This document shows, in pieces, positions 55,170 through 64,000 of a stretch of 64,000 bases of DNA. Under the pieces are notes generated by a model. It ran no database searches, was not told the DNA's origin, and was given only the letters and a program-made list of their open reading frames with translations. Every line of letters starts with the position of its first letter. The first letter of the stretch is position 1. The DNA lies in IMG/VR virus record IMGVR_UViG_3300046092_000062, positions 256,768-320,767 of that record; one strand, given 5' to 3'. Made by a program: the position numbers and the translations under genes.

Positions 55170-56544
55170 GGTACCTACATTCGTCCCAGAACTCTTTCAT
55201 CTCTGGGAATGTTGTTTTAAAGTCTGTTCCGCGTCTTGCATCGTGATGATTAAAGAAGCGATAAAAGTCAGCACGTTGCAGTGTAACATATTCAGGATCA
55301 AGAGTGCTACCTTCTTTCATCCATTCTATGTCACGAGCCATACGTTGAATCTCGTAATCCTTAAAACCTTGAAATGGTTTGTCTGCTGTTTCTTTGTTAG
55401 CTTCCATCCATTTTAGAATGTCTTCCATACGCTTAACATAGACCCAAGGCATGATCTGAATACTTTGCCAGCTAGGGGTGCGTAGCAAGGGAGTGTCAAA
55501 CCAAACACGTTGATAAGTTGTGCTGTGCTGTTTTCGTAAATCCAGAATCCAATCTAGCTGCGCCTGTAAACCAACAATGCTTAAATTATTCATTGTGATA
55601 ATGAATGTGAGACTGTTGCGGTGAGGAATATCAGTTAGGTAACGCTGCACGTTGTTATGAACACGAGATGCTATCATGCCATGTCGAATGTACTCAGCCT
55701 GTTCCATATTGCCTGAGTCCAAACTAACATACTGCATAAAATGCTCAATTTGAGTATTGCACAAACGTTTTACATAATCAAGATACTGATCCATTAACTT
55801 AGGATCTACGCTGAAGTTACTGGTCACATTCAAATGTAGGTCTGGCTTGGGCATAGCCAGCACATAGTCAAACACCTTGTAAGTGTTCTTGTCCATCAGC
55901 GGCTCGCCACCTGTCATGCGGAAATGTTTAAGTTTAGAGTACAGTTCAGGCCACCACTCCCAAAACGCATCAACGTAGGGATTAGACTCTCTGGCAGGTA
56001 TTGGTCGTCTAGCATTAGTGAAGTGAGCCGGATCATTGTGAGGAACAGAGGTAGGAAAAGCACCGTGTCGTTGTACTTCATCAGCCCAACTGCTAGAAAA
56101 CTGAGGGGAACAATAACTACACTTAAGGTTACAAGCGTGGTTAAAATTAACTTCAACATAACTTGGAATTGTATCTTCTTGTCCTGTAGAATTTTTGATC
56201 TCGTCATAGTGTTCTGCTGCCCAAGGCTCTCCGCTTCTGTAATGTCTGTCACTTAGTTGATCATGTGCTTCAATGTTCCAGCAATAGCTACACTCACTGG
56301 GCTTTTCATCCTTTAGCATAATCACACGCTGTTGCTTTTTATGCTCGGTGTTATGTAATGCGCTGGGATTGAGTTTGATTGCTTCTGGATCAATCTTGTG
56401 CAATGGCGGATGGTAGCAACTGTTGTTCAATCCAGTTGGTAAGTGCAGGCTTACTTGTTTCCATTTAGCCAGACAGAGTGCAGGACCTAACTTGGCCTTC
56501 ATCTCATCTGCTGCACTCATAAAGTCGCTCTTACCTGTTGTCAT
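55153..56544 (-). CDS. radical SAM protein with N-terminal SPASM/twitch-like Cys domain
   Basis: CLAKW..SCYHP..CSYCW; CNLKCSYC; TGGEPL. Confidence 0.9.
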   Translation of the reverse strand: MTTGKSDFMSAADEMKAKLGPALCLAKWKQVSLHLPTGLNNSCYHPPLHKIDPEAIKLNPSALHNTEHKKQQRVIMLKDEKPSECSYCWNIEAHDQLSDRHYRSGEPWAAEHYDEIKNSTGQEDTIPSYVEVNFNHACNLKCSYCSPQFSSSWADEVQRHGAFPTSVPHNDPAHFTNARRPIPARESNPYVDAFWEWWPELYSKLKHFRMTGGEPLMDKNTYKVFDYVLAMPKPDLHLNVTSNFSVDPKLMDQYLDYVKRLCNTQIEHFMQYVSLDSGNMEQAEYIRHGMIASRVHNNVQRYLTDIPHRNSLTFIITMNNLSIVGLQAQLDWILDLRKQHSTTYQRVWFDTPLLRTPSWQSIQIMPWVYVKRMEDILKWMEANKETADKPFQGFKDYEIQRMARDIEWMKEGSTLDPEYVTLQRADFYRFFNHHDARRGTDFKTTFPEMKEFWDECRYHAQNQ

Positions 56545-57097
56545 ATGAAAATTTCTCTAACATGTTTTTAACTAATGTGTAATTGGTTACTATCTCTTGG
56601 GGAGGAATTGGGTATTGGTTCTGCTTAAACTTAGTTGTCTTGCGGGACTTGACCATATCTTCGTAATAGACAATTTCATTTGGCGTGATTGCAAAGTCTA
56701 AATATTGTTCCATTAGAAATTGCTCTATGTCGTCTTTAGTTGACTCCCACGGTAACAAGTCTTTGTAGTCATTCCAGTCCGGCGAATGTTTGCTTATGCT
56801 AGCCTGCGTCTGTGCTCTAAATACGCACCAACTTAGATACTGTGCTACTTTGTCTCTGCGGCGTAAATTAACCACATAGTAATCACTTGTCCAACTAAGG
56901 TCTACTGCTAGCGCAATCTTTGCCCAGTTTTGCACAATGCTGCAATACACAAACTTGTCGGCTATATCAGGCAGTTCAGTAACTTCACCTAGTATAACTT
57001 TTTCAGGCAACTGCGACTCGTTATAAAGCATGTCGCAGGTCATGTGACTGCCACTACGAGCAGTGCCAATGACTATCATGCCTTTTATTCTCTGCAC
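56531..57097 (-). CDS. Stf0-like sulfotransferase
   Basis: IGTARSGSHM, LRRRDKVAQYLS, YYED. Confidence 0.65.
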   Translation of the reverse strand: MQRIKGMIVIGTARSGSHMTCDMLYNESQLPEKVILGEVTELPDIADKFVYCSIVQNWAKIALAVDLSWTSDYYVVNLRRRDKVAQYLSWCVFRAQTQASISKHSPDWNDYKDLLPWESTKDDIEQFLMEQYLDFAITPNEIVYYEDMVKSRKTTKFKQNQYPIPPQEIVTNYTLVKNMLEKFSYDNR

Positions 57098-57984
57098 ATG
57101 ATTCCCTTGTTCTTAAACTGACTATTATAGTGATGTTTGAAAAATTTACTTTGGTATTCGTCCAAGTCAATAATAGGTAAGTCCAAGCATCTTGTTAATT
57201 CAACGCTGTATAAGTTTACAAAGTCAATAACCTCAAACTTGTGTACAGTGTTATCCCAATAGTCTTTTAACTTTTGGAAGTCTTGGACTTCTGTGTAGTC
57301 CCAGTCTGAGAGCATGGTGTTGTAAGTGCCTTGGCGGGCGCCTGCCATTGCCCACAGTCCATTTTCCACATCTGATCCCACGTTGTGCCAGATAGATAAG
57401 TTGTCAAGGTTTCTCCTAACAACGCTATTTTTGAAATCAGATAAACTTGGTTTACGTCCACGGTCCAAACACATTTTAACGCCTTCCCTAAATCCTGCAC
57501 GCCAAGCCTGGAACGCAGTGGCATTCGGATACGTGGTACTGTAGCAGTCCGCCATAGCCCAGTATTGAGGATGGAAACAGAATTCGACTTGTGTCTCATG
57601 ACTACCATCAGTGGCTTCGTGTGTGCGCATAGATTCGATAAAGCTCCTAGTCCAGCACGAAATCCCACCATTGCCATATTGTAACCCATTTATAATATTC
57701 CTCGCTCTCCATCTAAATACACAATCACGATTAGTATCATCAATACTAAGTTGCTGGTTAAAGAAAGCAGGATCGGGGAGGTTGTCTCCGTCAATAAGAA
57801 TGAAGCGGTCCGTGTCACTAGCTCTTGCCGCTGCTTTGTGTGCAGCATCGCTCCCGCTAACGCCATCCACCCGCTTGGCCCAAGGAACGACATTCTGTAT
57901 CTGAATCCAGAACTCTTCTTTTTTAGGTTCATCATATGTAAGGAAGATGCAGTCCAGGTCTGCAACGTCAATTATTTCTGTCAT
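57085..57984 (-). CDS. GT-A-like glycosyltransferase
   Basis: DCIFLTYDEP, AAHKAAARAS, FILIDGDN (DxD). Confidence 0.7.
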   Translation of the reverse strand: MTEIIDVADLDCIFLTYDEPKKEEFWIQIQNVVPWAKRVDGVSGSDAAHKAAARASDTDRFILIDGDNLPDPAFFNQQLSIDDTNRDCVFRWRARNIINGLQYGNGGISCWTRSFIESMRTHEATDGSHETQVEFCFHPQYWAMADCYSTTYPNATAFQAWRAGFREGVKMCLDRGRKPSLSDFKNSVVRRNLDNLSIWHNVGSDVENGLWAMAGARQGTYNTMLSDWDYTEVQDFQKLKDYWDNTVHKFEVIDFVNLYSVELTRCLDLPIIDLDEYQSKFFKHHYNSQFKNKGIMCRE

Positions 57985-58318
57985 AGTATTCGATGTTTGT
58001 GTACTCTTCGTCTTGTTCTATTAGCAGTGCAGGATGGTTCTTAACCACTGCGTATCCACTTGTTGATTTACGTAACTGCAACCACATTGTGCCAGCATCG
58101 ATTGTGATTAACTGCCCATTTACAACTTTTAGGTTATGCACTGTTGCTCTATTGTATACTGATTTTGGTATAGTGATATAATTAGTACCCTTGCTATCAC
58201 CCATGCCCATGTACAGGGCATTACCATGCGCATCGTAGTATAAACGATATTCAATGGTTTGCACAACCTCTGGTTCAATCAAACCAAATGCTTTAATTAA
58301 CTCCGGCAGCTCGTTCAT
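57968..58318 (-). CDS. hypothetical protein
   Basis: in operon; YRLYYD. Confidence 0.65.
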   Translation of the reverse strand: MNELPELIKAFGLIEPEVVQTIEYRLYYDAHGNALYMGMGDSKGTNYITIPKSVYNRATVHNLKVVNGQLITIDAGTMWLQLRKSTSGYAVVKNHPALLIEQDEEYTNIEYYDRNN

Positions 58319-59135
58319 AATCTCTAATTATCTCATCCGTAATAAAGTCTTTGTAATGGTAGTGGACCGGAAATAGTTGCAGCACATTATTGATTCTAAT
58401 ATCAGGTGCATCTATTACTACGTTAACCGCCCTATGGAATTCAGTATCCGAAGGCCATCCATTAATACCGGGCTTCATGTGTACAAAACTTGTTCCAACA
58501 CCAGGTAGAGTAGTTAACTCTCTACCAACAATGTTAGCGGCCACTGCATATACAAAATCTGTAGTGGCTTGAGTAGTTGCTGTTCGCTTAAACTCTGAGC
58601 CGACCTGTTCCCACGTAAGGAACAGTTCTCTTGCTACTTTAAAGAATTCTAATGCTGTTTTACTGTAACGAAAATACATTAGTCCGTTATATACATCGGG
58701 CAACTCATTGTCTACAAACGATGCCCGATAAGGACTTGGCACTTGATCGCCGTGATAGTTTCTGCATCCTAGTCCTAATACTACATCTCGCATACGGTAC
58801 AAATCCCACCGCTGTGTCATGTCCCGTGTAACTAAGATATCTGCTTCCAACTTGATTGTTTCTTTAAAAGGAGTAAGCCAAAATACTTGCCATTCGTTTG
58901 CTAACTTCCAATCAGTGCCAGTTGAATAATCATGTGTTAATTCAATTACATAATCAAACACCTTGCGATGTTGTTCTGTTACTTGTGCCATGGTAGCTGC
59001 GTCCACAATAACTGCGTACCTGGCACCCGGTGTTACTGCCTTAATACTCAATGCTTGCACGTAGGCCATTCGCAGATAATCTGCTTTGCCGTTTTGTGCA
59101 ATAGTTAAAAATCCCTGTTGTTCTTTATGCTGCAC
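58293..59135 (-). CDS. GT8-like glycosyltransferase
   Basis: YLRMAYVQALSIK, TPFKETIKLEAD, YNGLMYF, FVHMK; GTG 59135 chosen over 59168. Confidence 0.65.
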   Translation of the reverse strand: MQHKEQQGFLTIAQNGKADYLRMAYVQALSIKAVTPGARYAVIVDAATMAQVTEQHRKVFDYVIELTHDYSTGTDWKLANEWQVFWLTPFKETIKLEADILVTRDMTQRWDLYRMRDVVLGLGCRNYHGDQVPSPYRASFVDNELPDVYNGLMYFRYSKTALEFFKVARELFLTWEQVGSEFKRTATTQATTDFVYAVAANIVGRELTTLPGVGTSFVHMKPGINGWPSDTEFHRAVNVVIDAPDIRINNVLQLFPVHYHYKDFITDEIIRDYERAAGVN

Positions 59136-59952
59136 AGTGCTGGTCCACGAATGTTTTAAAGTTGTCACTAAGTAAATATCCTTTACTCAGGACATGTAAA
59201 TTGCCCACTGGAATAACATAGCCTTCCTTAGTATCCTTAACGTGCAGTAAAGATCCAACCCTTGCAATACTTTGTAACTGTCCAGTGGCAGTTAATAGGG
59301 GCTGTGGTAACTGCGTTTGTTTATCAGTCTGGTAACCGTTAACCAAATAATCTGCAATTGCAAACGCATAATCGTTGCGATAATTAGTTGCAGGGATATT
59401 GTATAACATCTTATAGTAATCGTAATTGCGCTGTACTCGTCCTACTAAATCAAATAGCATTTCTGCCTTGGCTGTTTTGCGAAACAAGATCACTGTGGCC
59501 CAGATAAATGGCAGGCTGTACATGCCCATAGTATCTGTAAATTCGTCTTGACCTAGATTGATATTACGATGTGGAATTAGGTAGTCCCATTCTGTATCAA
59601 AGTAAGTTAATAGACTGTTATCTAACACAAGATAGTCGGTGTCCATAAGAATAGTTTCATCGTATGGACTAAGCTCGTAGGCCATATAACGACCAAAGTT
59701 TCGCCACTGTACACGTTGACCTAACTCTGTGCTGTAACGTGTGTTGCCACCTTGTGATTCAATGCGTACTATGTTGTCTACATCAAACTCAACTACTTCA
59801 TCTAAGCCCGTTACTAAGGTAACCGGCAAGTTGAGGTTATGCTTAATCAAGCGAATGGTGTTACTAGTTAGCTTAACGTAATCAGTGTCTGCATTGTTAA
59901 ATGCAAACAATAACACGCCCTTAGATTTTTCTAATCTTTTTAAGTTCTGCAT
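59125..59952 (-). CDS. GT8-like glycosyltransferase
   Basis: SPYDETILMDTD (DxD), WATVILF, YRNDYAF. Confidence 0.7.
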   Translation of the reverse strand: MQNLKRLEKSKGVLLFAFNNADTDYVKLTSNTIRLIKHNLNLPVTLVTGLDEVVEFDVDNIVRIESQGGNTRYSTELGQRVQWRNFGRYMAYELSPYDETILMDTDYLVLDNSLLTYFDTEWDYLIPHRNINLGQDEFTDTMGMYSLPFIWATVILFRKTAKAEMLFDLVGRVQRNYDYYKMLYNIPATNYRNDYAFAIADYLVNGYQTDKQTQLPQPLLTATGQLQSIARVGSLLHVKDTKEGYVIPVGNLHVLSKGYLLSDNFKTFVDQHCAA

Positions 59953-60235
59953 GTTGTTGGTGCCATTCATTCATAACTCGACTGTAATGTTGTTGTGCCT
60001 GCACTAAGAATACCTGTCGGTCCACTTGAATTGGATTCTCGTAGACATCTTCGATATAGAGTTCGTCAACTGGCCATTCCTTTACAAAGGAGATCAAGCC
60101 CGGAGTGATTTTAAATAAACCGCCATTGTGTGCAAAATGCAAATCGGTTTGGATGCGCTCTCTTAGTAGGCGCTTGTTCTTTTGATAGTCAGTGGCCAAT
60201 CGAATTTGTTCCACAATCGTAGGTATGTTACTCAT
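59921..60235 (-). CDS. hypothetical protein
   Basis: first gene after promoter 60242-60270. Confidence 0.7.
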   Translation of the reverse strand: MSNIPTIVEQIRLATDYQKNKRLLRERIQTDLHFAHNGGLFKITPGLISFVKEWPVDELYIEDVYENPIQVDRQVFLVQAQQHYSRVMNEWHQQHAELKKIRKI

Positions 60236-60241
60236 AACACA

Positions 60242-60270
60242 ATTATACACAAAGGAGAATGGACAGTCAA
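60242..60270 (-). promoter_or_regulatory. sigma70-type promoter driving the tailoring cluster (probably leaderless)
   Basis: TTGACT-17 bp-TATAAT on minus strand; ATG 6 nt downstream. Confidence 0.7.
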
Positions 60271-60298
60271 ATTAAAAGCACTCGAAAGTGCTTTTAAT
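60271..60298 (-). terminator. intrinsic terminator
   Basis: ATTAAAAGCACT-TTCG-AGTGCTTTTAAT perfect hairpin after virion gene. Confidence 0.75.
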
Positions 60299-60299
60299 A

Positions 60300-61295
60300 T
60301 TACGCGATTGTTGGGTTAACAATACCAGATAGGTTTGAAGTTTCTGGTGGTCGAATTGTAATGCTTACTGGAATAGTTAAGTTTAACGAATCGTTAAAGT
60401 TACCTTGAGTTGGTGCTGTACCAGCCGGGGTGTATGATGGGATACCTGCAGGCGCTGTGTTTGTGTCTGCCGCTGCATCGCTTAAATCAATTTGGAACGT
60501 CATAATGGTTCCGACGTCTGAGTTGGCACCTTGTACACCGTTTGTCTTAATACCAACAGCAATTGAGTTAGAACCGTAGTCTGCTGTACCGGATGCAGAG
60601 GTTAAGTTAATCATTGAGTTGTTACTTGTGCCGGCATTCCAATATCCAATTGCTGTATTGGTAAATCCAGCAGTTCCGCCTGTTCCATTACGCACATTAG
60701 AATACCCACCAACAGTAATACTGCTAAATTTAGTATTAAGCAATGTGGCCCAATCGGCGCCTTTGCTGTTACCTGCGGTGTTAGTGACTGTACCAAACGT
60801 AAGGATCAGTTTGCCGCCTGCATTAAAGAAGTAGCGAGCTTGGTCTGCGCTAGCCCAAGATGCTGTTTTAATAATCTGGAATGTGGTCGGTGTGCCAGTA
60901 CTCCACACACTGTTAGTTGCTGTTCCTGTAACATCGGTTCCGTTAGATGTAGAATTTAAACGGTTGTTAAACGCTGTGGTTATGCTTGAGCTCAATGTGT
61001 TTAGGTACGCAATCGTTGCTCCTGCTGTTGGTGCAGTGATTCCTGAACCCGACCCACTTTGGTGAGTTAGCATACTGTTTAAACGGGAAATCATTGTCGC
61101 CCATTGGGTAGCAGTTACCGTATCGGTGCCCCCTGCAACGGTTGGTAACACAGAACTTTGTCCATACCCTTTATCGCCTTGGCCCGTGCCCCAAATAGTG
61201 TTAATGTTTGCTACTGCATGGTTGACTGTCGCACCACCTTGTGCAAAGGTGTTGTAGTCTAACGCAATAATTTGATTTCCTGATCCGTATGCCAT
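60300..61295 (-). CDS. virion structural protein (tail/baseplate-associated)
   Basis: T/G/S/A/N-rich; DQARYFFNAGG motif; located among tail genes. Confidence 0.7.
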   Translation of the reverse strand: MAYGSGNQIIALDYNTFAQGGATVNHAVANINTIWGTGQGDKGYGQSSVLPTVAGGTDTVTATQWATMISRLNSMLTHQSGSGSGITAPTAGATIAYLNTLSSSITTAFNNRLNSTSNGTDVTGTATNSVWSTGTPTTFQIIKTASWASADQARYFFNAGGKLILTFGTVTNTAGNSKGADWATLLNTKFSSITVGGYSNVRNGTGGTAGFTNTAIGYWNAGTSNNSMINLTSASGTADYGSNSIAVGIKTNGVQGANSDVGTIMTFQIDLSDAAADTNTAPAGIPSYTPAGTAPTQGNFNDSLNLTIPVSITIRPPETSNLSGIVNPTIA

Positions 61296-61309
61296 TTTGT
61301 ATTCCGATA

Positions 61310-62848
61310 TTAGCTATTAACTTTAACAATAGCTTCAATTACGCCATTGCCGGTTGTGGTTTTATTTTCTAGTGCTCGCCCAATTACATTCCACGGAGTA
61401 ATTTCCTCTTTGGTTCCTGCTCTAGCAAATCCATTGCCTGCACTCACTAGGCGGTCGCCTTTATTAATTAAACCAACTACGTTAACTGGTACTCGACCTG
61501 CTAGCGCAATCGCTGGATGCGATGCATCTGACCCGACTGTAGAGTTTAGCAAATAAGCAGCACCGGTGCTCACGACCCCAAATACTGTATCGCTAAGAGC
61601 ATCCTTAACCATTGTAACTTCTTTGTCGCCACCTAATTCAACTACCGTGCCCTTTGCATACGCTGCATCAGCTTCAAAGCGTTCTGCCAAGTCAGCGTAT
61701 TGAGCTTGGTAGGATTTACCGTACATGATATTAAACCAAGCTGTACTAGAACCTAGATTATACGTTACGTTGGCTGCAGGTGTCAATGATCCTGTGATGG
61801 TAGTTGTACCATCTCGTTTTAACATCGTTGATGCAACCGATGCGTTAGCCAAATCAACGTATTGTTTAGTTGCTACACCCAATCCAGTAGTTGGATCATT
61901 GTATAATTGCAGTGCGCCAAGAGCACCGTTTGCTTTCAGAACCGGAGTAGTCACGCCACCTGTTTTAACATAAAACACTGTGTCGTAATTGTTGTCTGTG
62001 TTATATAAACCAATTGATGTAGTTGATGGCGTTACGTTAACTACAAAATCGCTAGTTGGGCCAACTGCCAATCCCGCAATGTTACTAGTGATAATCGGCA
62101 CAGTGCTGGTAGTAACCACGTCCGAACGAGTAAAGTTGCTGGCGCTAACCACTGATCCGTTAACCATCAAGCTCATTGCAACGTTAGCGTTACCAAAATA
62201 CTGTAATTGGTTAGTCAATCCTGTACTTAAATTAAAGCCAGGTTTGATTGTACTAAATCCCGAAATTGGTGTTCCGGGAATAAATTCTGCGTCTTTGCTC
62301 AAAATAGCAACTAAGTCGCTGCTAATGTAGAACTTAACTACAACGTGGCTAATAGACCCCGAATCGACTACTGTGTCGGGTTGTGCGCCCGATTGTCCAG
62401 TGGTAGTATTACTTGCAGGACCAACTGTTACCCACCCAGTGTCGCCTTGCGATAGTAGTCCGCTGTAGACTTTAAGTTGGTTGTTGGTAGTATCCCACCA
62501 AAATTCTCCCACATTTGGGGCAATAGTAATTGCTGCCTTAGTTGCAGCATTAGTAATTCCCGCTAACACTTTCCACGACGTGGAACCGACTGCGCTTGCT
62601 ACGTTTAGTTTTAGCGACTTATTTGCTGAGTCAAACCAAATTTGCCCAGGTAGTGCAGCGGCTGGGGCTGTTGAATTTGCAAAGTTTTCGACTAAGTGAA
62701 CTAAGTTACTGTTAAGAAATACTCCGTATCCTGGGTAGTTTTTACCAACTAATGCCAAGCTAGTAGAAGTGGTGTCAATTGTACCATCCGGTAGCCCGTC
62801 GGCCCCGAATAGTGATTGCCCGTTTGATAATGATATTGTGTACGACAT
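61310..62848 (-). CDS. tail fiber/baseplate-associated protein with C-terminal chaperone-like domain
   Basis: LVGKNYPGYG..N..HLVENFA; GQIWFD and GEFWWD repeats; ATKQYVD; AQYADLAERF...GRVPV. Confidence 0.75.
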   Translation of the reverse strand: MSYTISLSNGQSLFGADGLPDGTIDTTSTSLALVGKNYPGYGVFLNSNLVHLVENFANSTAPAAALPGQIWFDSANKSLKLNVASAVGSTSWKVLAGITNAATKAAITIAPNVGEFWWDTTNNQLKVYSGLLSQGDTGWVTVGPASNTTTGQSGAQPDTVVDSGSISHVVVKFYISSDLVAILSKDAEFIPGTPISGFSTIKPGFNLSTGLTNQLQYFGNANVAMSLMVNGSVVSASNFTRSDVVTTSTVPIITSNIAGLAVGPTSDFVVNVTPSTTSIGLYNTDNNYDTVFYVKTGGVTTPVLKANGALGALQLYNDPTTGLGVATKQYVDLANASVASTMLKRDGTTTITGSLTPAANVTYNLGSSTAWFNIMYGKSYQAQYADLAERFEADAAYAKGTVVELGGDKEVTMVKDALSDTVFGVVSTGAAYLLNSTVGSDASHPAIALAGRVPVNVVGLINKGDRLVSAGNGFARAGTKEEITPWNVIGRALENKTTTGNGVIEAIVKVNS

Positions 62849-62868
62849 TCTTTTACCTGATTATTAGT

Positions 62869-62876
62869 TATTTATC
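62869..62876 (-). promoter_or_regulatory. late-type promoter
   Basis: GATAAATA on minus strand, 20 nt upstream of ATG 62848. Confidence 0.55.
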
Positions 62877-62905
62877 TTAGTTTTATGGTGCTTTTACAAT
62901 AGGGG

Positions 62906-64000
62906 TTAGCCGTCGCCACCACCTCCGTCGCCACCACCTCCGCCATCGCCACCACCTCCGCCATCGCCGCCGCCATCTCCGTCACCATCTCCGTCACCAT
63001 CTCCGTCACCATCGGTGCCGTCTGTGCCACTGTCGGATTGTCCGTCGCCGCCCCAGCCGCCGCCACCGCCATCGCCACCTAAGTAGTAAGTTGGAGGAGT
63101 AATAAAGTCTGATGGTAGTCCACTGTCGCCCCAATTTACGCTGTCTTGATCAAACACTACAGTATCTGACCCATTGGCGCTGCGCCACTCTCCGTCGATC
63201 TTAACCCATGTGTGCAATCTCGACGCGAATACATTGTTAACCTTTACCCGAGGGCGAATAAGAGAGTACGCTCCATCTTTCTTTACAAAGAATCCAGAAG
63301 ACCTATAGAAAGTAACGATTGCGTAACCATTTCCGCCTTGAGCAGTTCTGGATCCATCATTGGGGTTAATTTCGCTTCGTGTATTCCAAATTTGGCTTCC
63401 GTTTTGTAGAATCTGCGCACCAATTGCTCCTGGGCCACCGGTGTTAATGCCGTAAACTCTAACTGTATGCCAACCTGCTGAAATAAAGTGCGTAGCTGAC
63501 CATACTCCGTTGAAACTCGGTGCATACACCATTTCGACATCATCTACATACAACCAACCGTAGTTGTCAATTGCTAGATCAAATTGATAGTTTTGCGAAG
63601 CAGGAAAGTATACGCTGTAAGTATAATTGCCGTTGCCTTGCCACACGCTATATGTGTTTAGTAACCAACTCCATGCACCGTTTGCGCCACCGTTTGGGTA
63701 ACGACTTGCAGTTGCATCATTTGATCCACCAAATCCAACATTATTACCAGGATAGCCGGGGGCATTAAATCCGCCAGGTACTTTGTAATTACAATATTCA
63801 CCTGTAAATACTGGCTGTTCTGAACGTGCATCGTTAGTTCCGTTGGAGCCGCAGTCGCCACCACTGTCGCCACCTGCTGGGTACCCGCCGCTACCTCCTG
63901 CAATGCCACCACCGCCACCGCCACCACCGCCACCATCCCCGTGATGGCTTCCTCCGGCGATTCCCTTTGACTGGTCAATTGTTGCCACGCTATCTTTATA
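62906..64000 (-). CDS. glycine-rich tail-associated protein with PA14-like domain (5' end outside window)
   Basis: frame open to window edge; YQFDLAIDNYGWLYVDD...AGWHTVRVY; G/D-rich tail. Confidence 0.7.
   Translation of the reverse strand, partial: YKDSVATIDQSKGIAGGSHHGDGGGGGGGGGGIAGGSGGYPAGGDSGGDCGSNGTNDARSEQPVFTGEYCNYKVPGGFNAPGYPGNNVGFGGSNDATASRYPNGGANGAWSWLLNTYSVWQGNGNYTYSVYFPASQNYQFDLAIDNYGWLYVDDVEMVYAPSFNGVWSATHFISAGWHTVRVYGINTGGPGAIGAQILQNGSQIWNTRSEINPNDGSRTAQGGNGYAIVTFYRSSGFFVKKDGAYSLIRPRVKVNNVFASRLHTWVKIDGEWRSANGSDTVVFDQDSVNWGDSGLPSDFITPPTYYLGGDGGGGGWGGDGQSDSGTDGTDGDGDGDGDGDGDGGGDGGGGGDGGGGGDGGGGDG
62909..63080 (-). repeat. low-complexity Gly/Asp coding repeat
   Basis: (GD)n and DGGGG repeats; 12-bp CCATCTCCGTCA units. 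Confidence 0.8.

Noticed and set aside
62872-63078. Alternative-frame ORF with VTEM/AEVV repeats
   Set aside because: Frame-shifted reading of the Gly/Asp repeat of the tail-associated gene
1-64000. Stop-codon reassignment, tRNA genes, CRISPR array, integrase/transposase, reverse transcriptase
   Set aside because: Genes tile the window at full length under the standard code, and TAG terminates at least two genes; none of the other elements was recognisable by eye (tRNAscan/cmscan not run)

Overview
This is a gene-dense segment of a large, T4-like/jumbo dsDNA phage genome, with no host housekeeping context. Evidence: a family B DNA polymerase, a gp45-like clamp, a T4-type RNase H, DHFR/ThyA, tail proteins, and both sigma70-type and TAAATA late-type promoters. 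Plus strand (1-40.7 kb): replication genes are interleaved with a 7-deazaguanine DNA-modification set (TGT-like dpdA, QueD-like dpdL with LxxxHRHxF, folE, queD, queE). No recognisable queC/queF is in the window. Instead the set is accompanied by a GT-B glycosyltransferase, GalE, a shortened DegT-type PLP enzyme, a Rieske oxygenase and three tandem SGGxDS PP-loop ATPases. After this come small hypothetical genes, an early-promoter island (ParB-like + GIY-YIG-like genes, MoxR AAA + vWA/metallopeptidase pair), and nucleotide/sugar metabolism genes. Minus strand (40.7-64 kb): a ~20 kb tailoring cluster (five tandem radical SAM enzymes, carbamoyltransferase, APS kinase, nucleotidyltransferase, SGNH hydrolases, sulfotransferase, several glycosyltransferases) lies directly downstream of tail/virion genes. 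Best candidates for a new system: (1) a QueC-independent, possibly clamp-tethered and further decorated 7-deazaguanine DNA modification with a structured RNA leader on queD; (2) the radical-SAM/glycan tailoring array. All functional calls come from motif recognition by eye; no searches were run.
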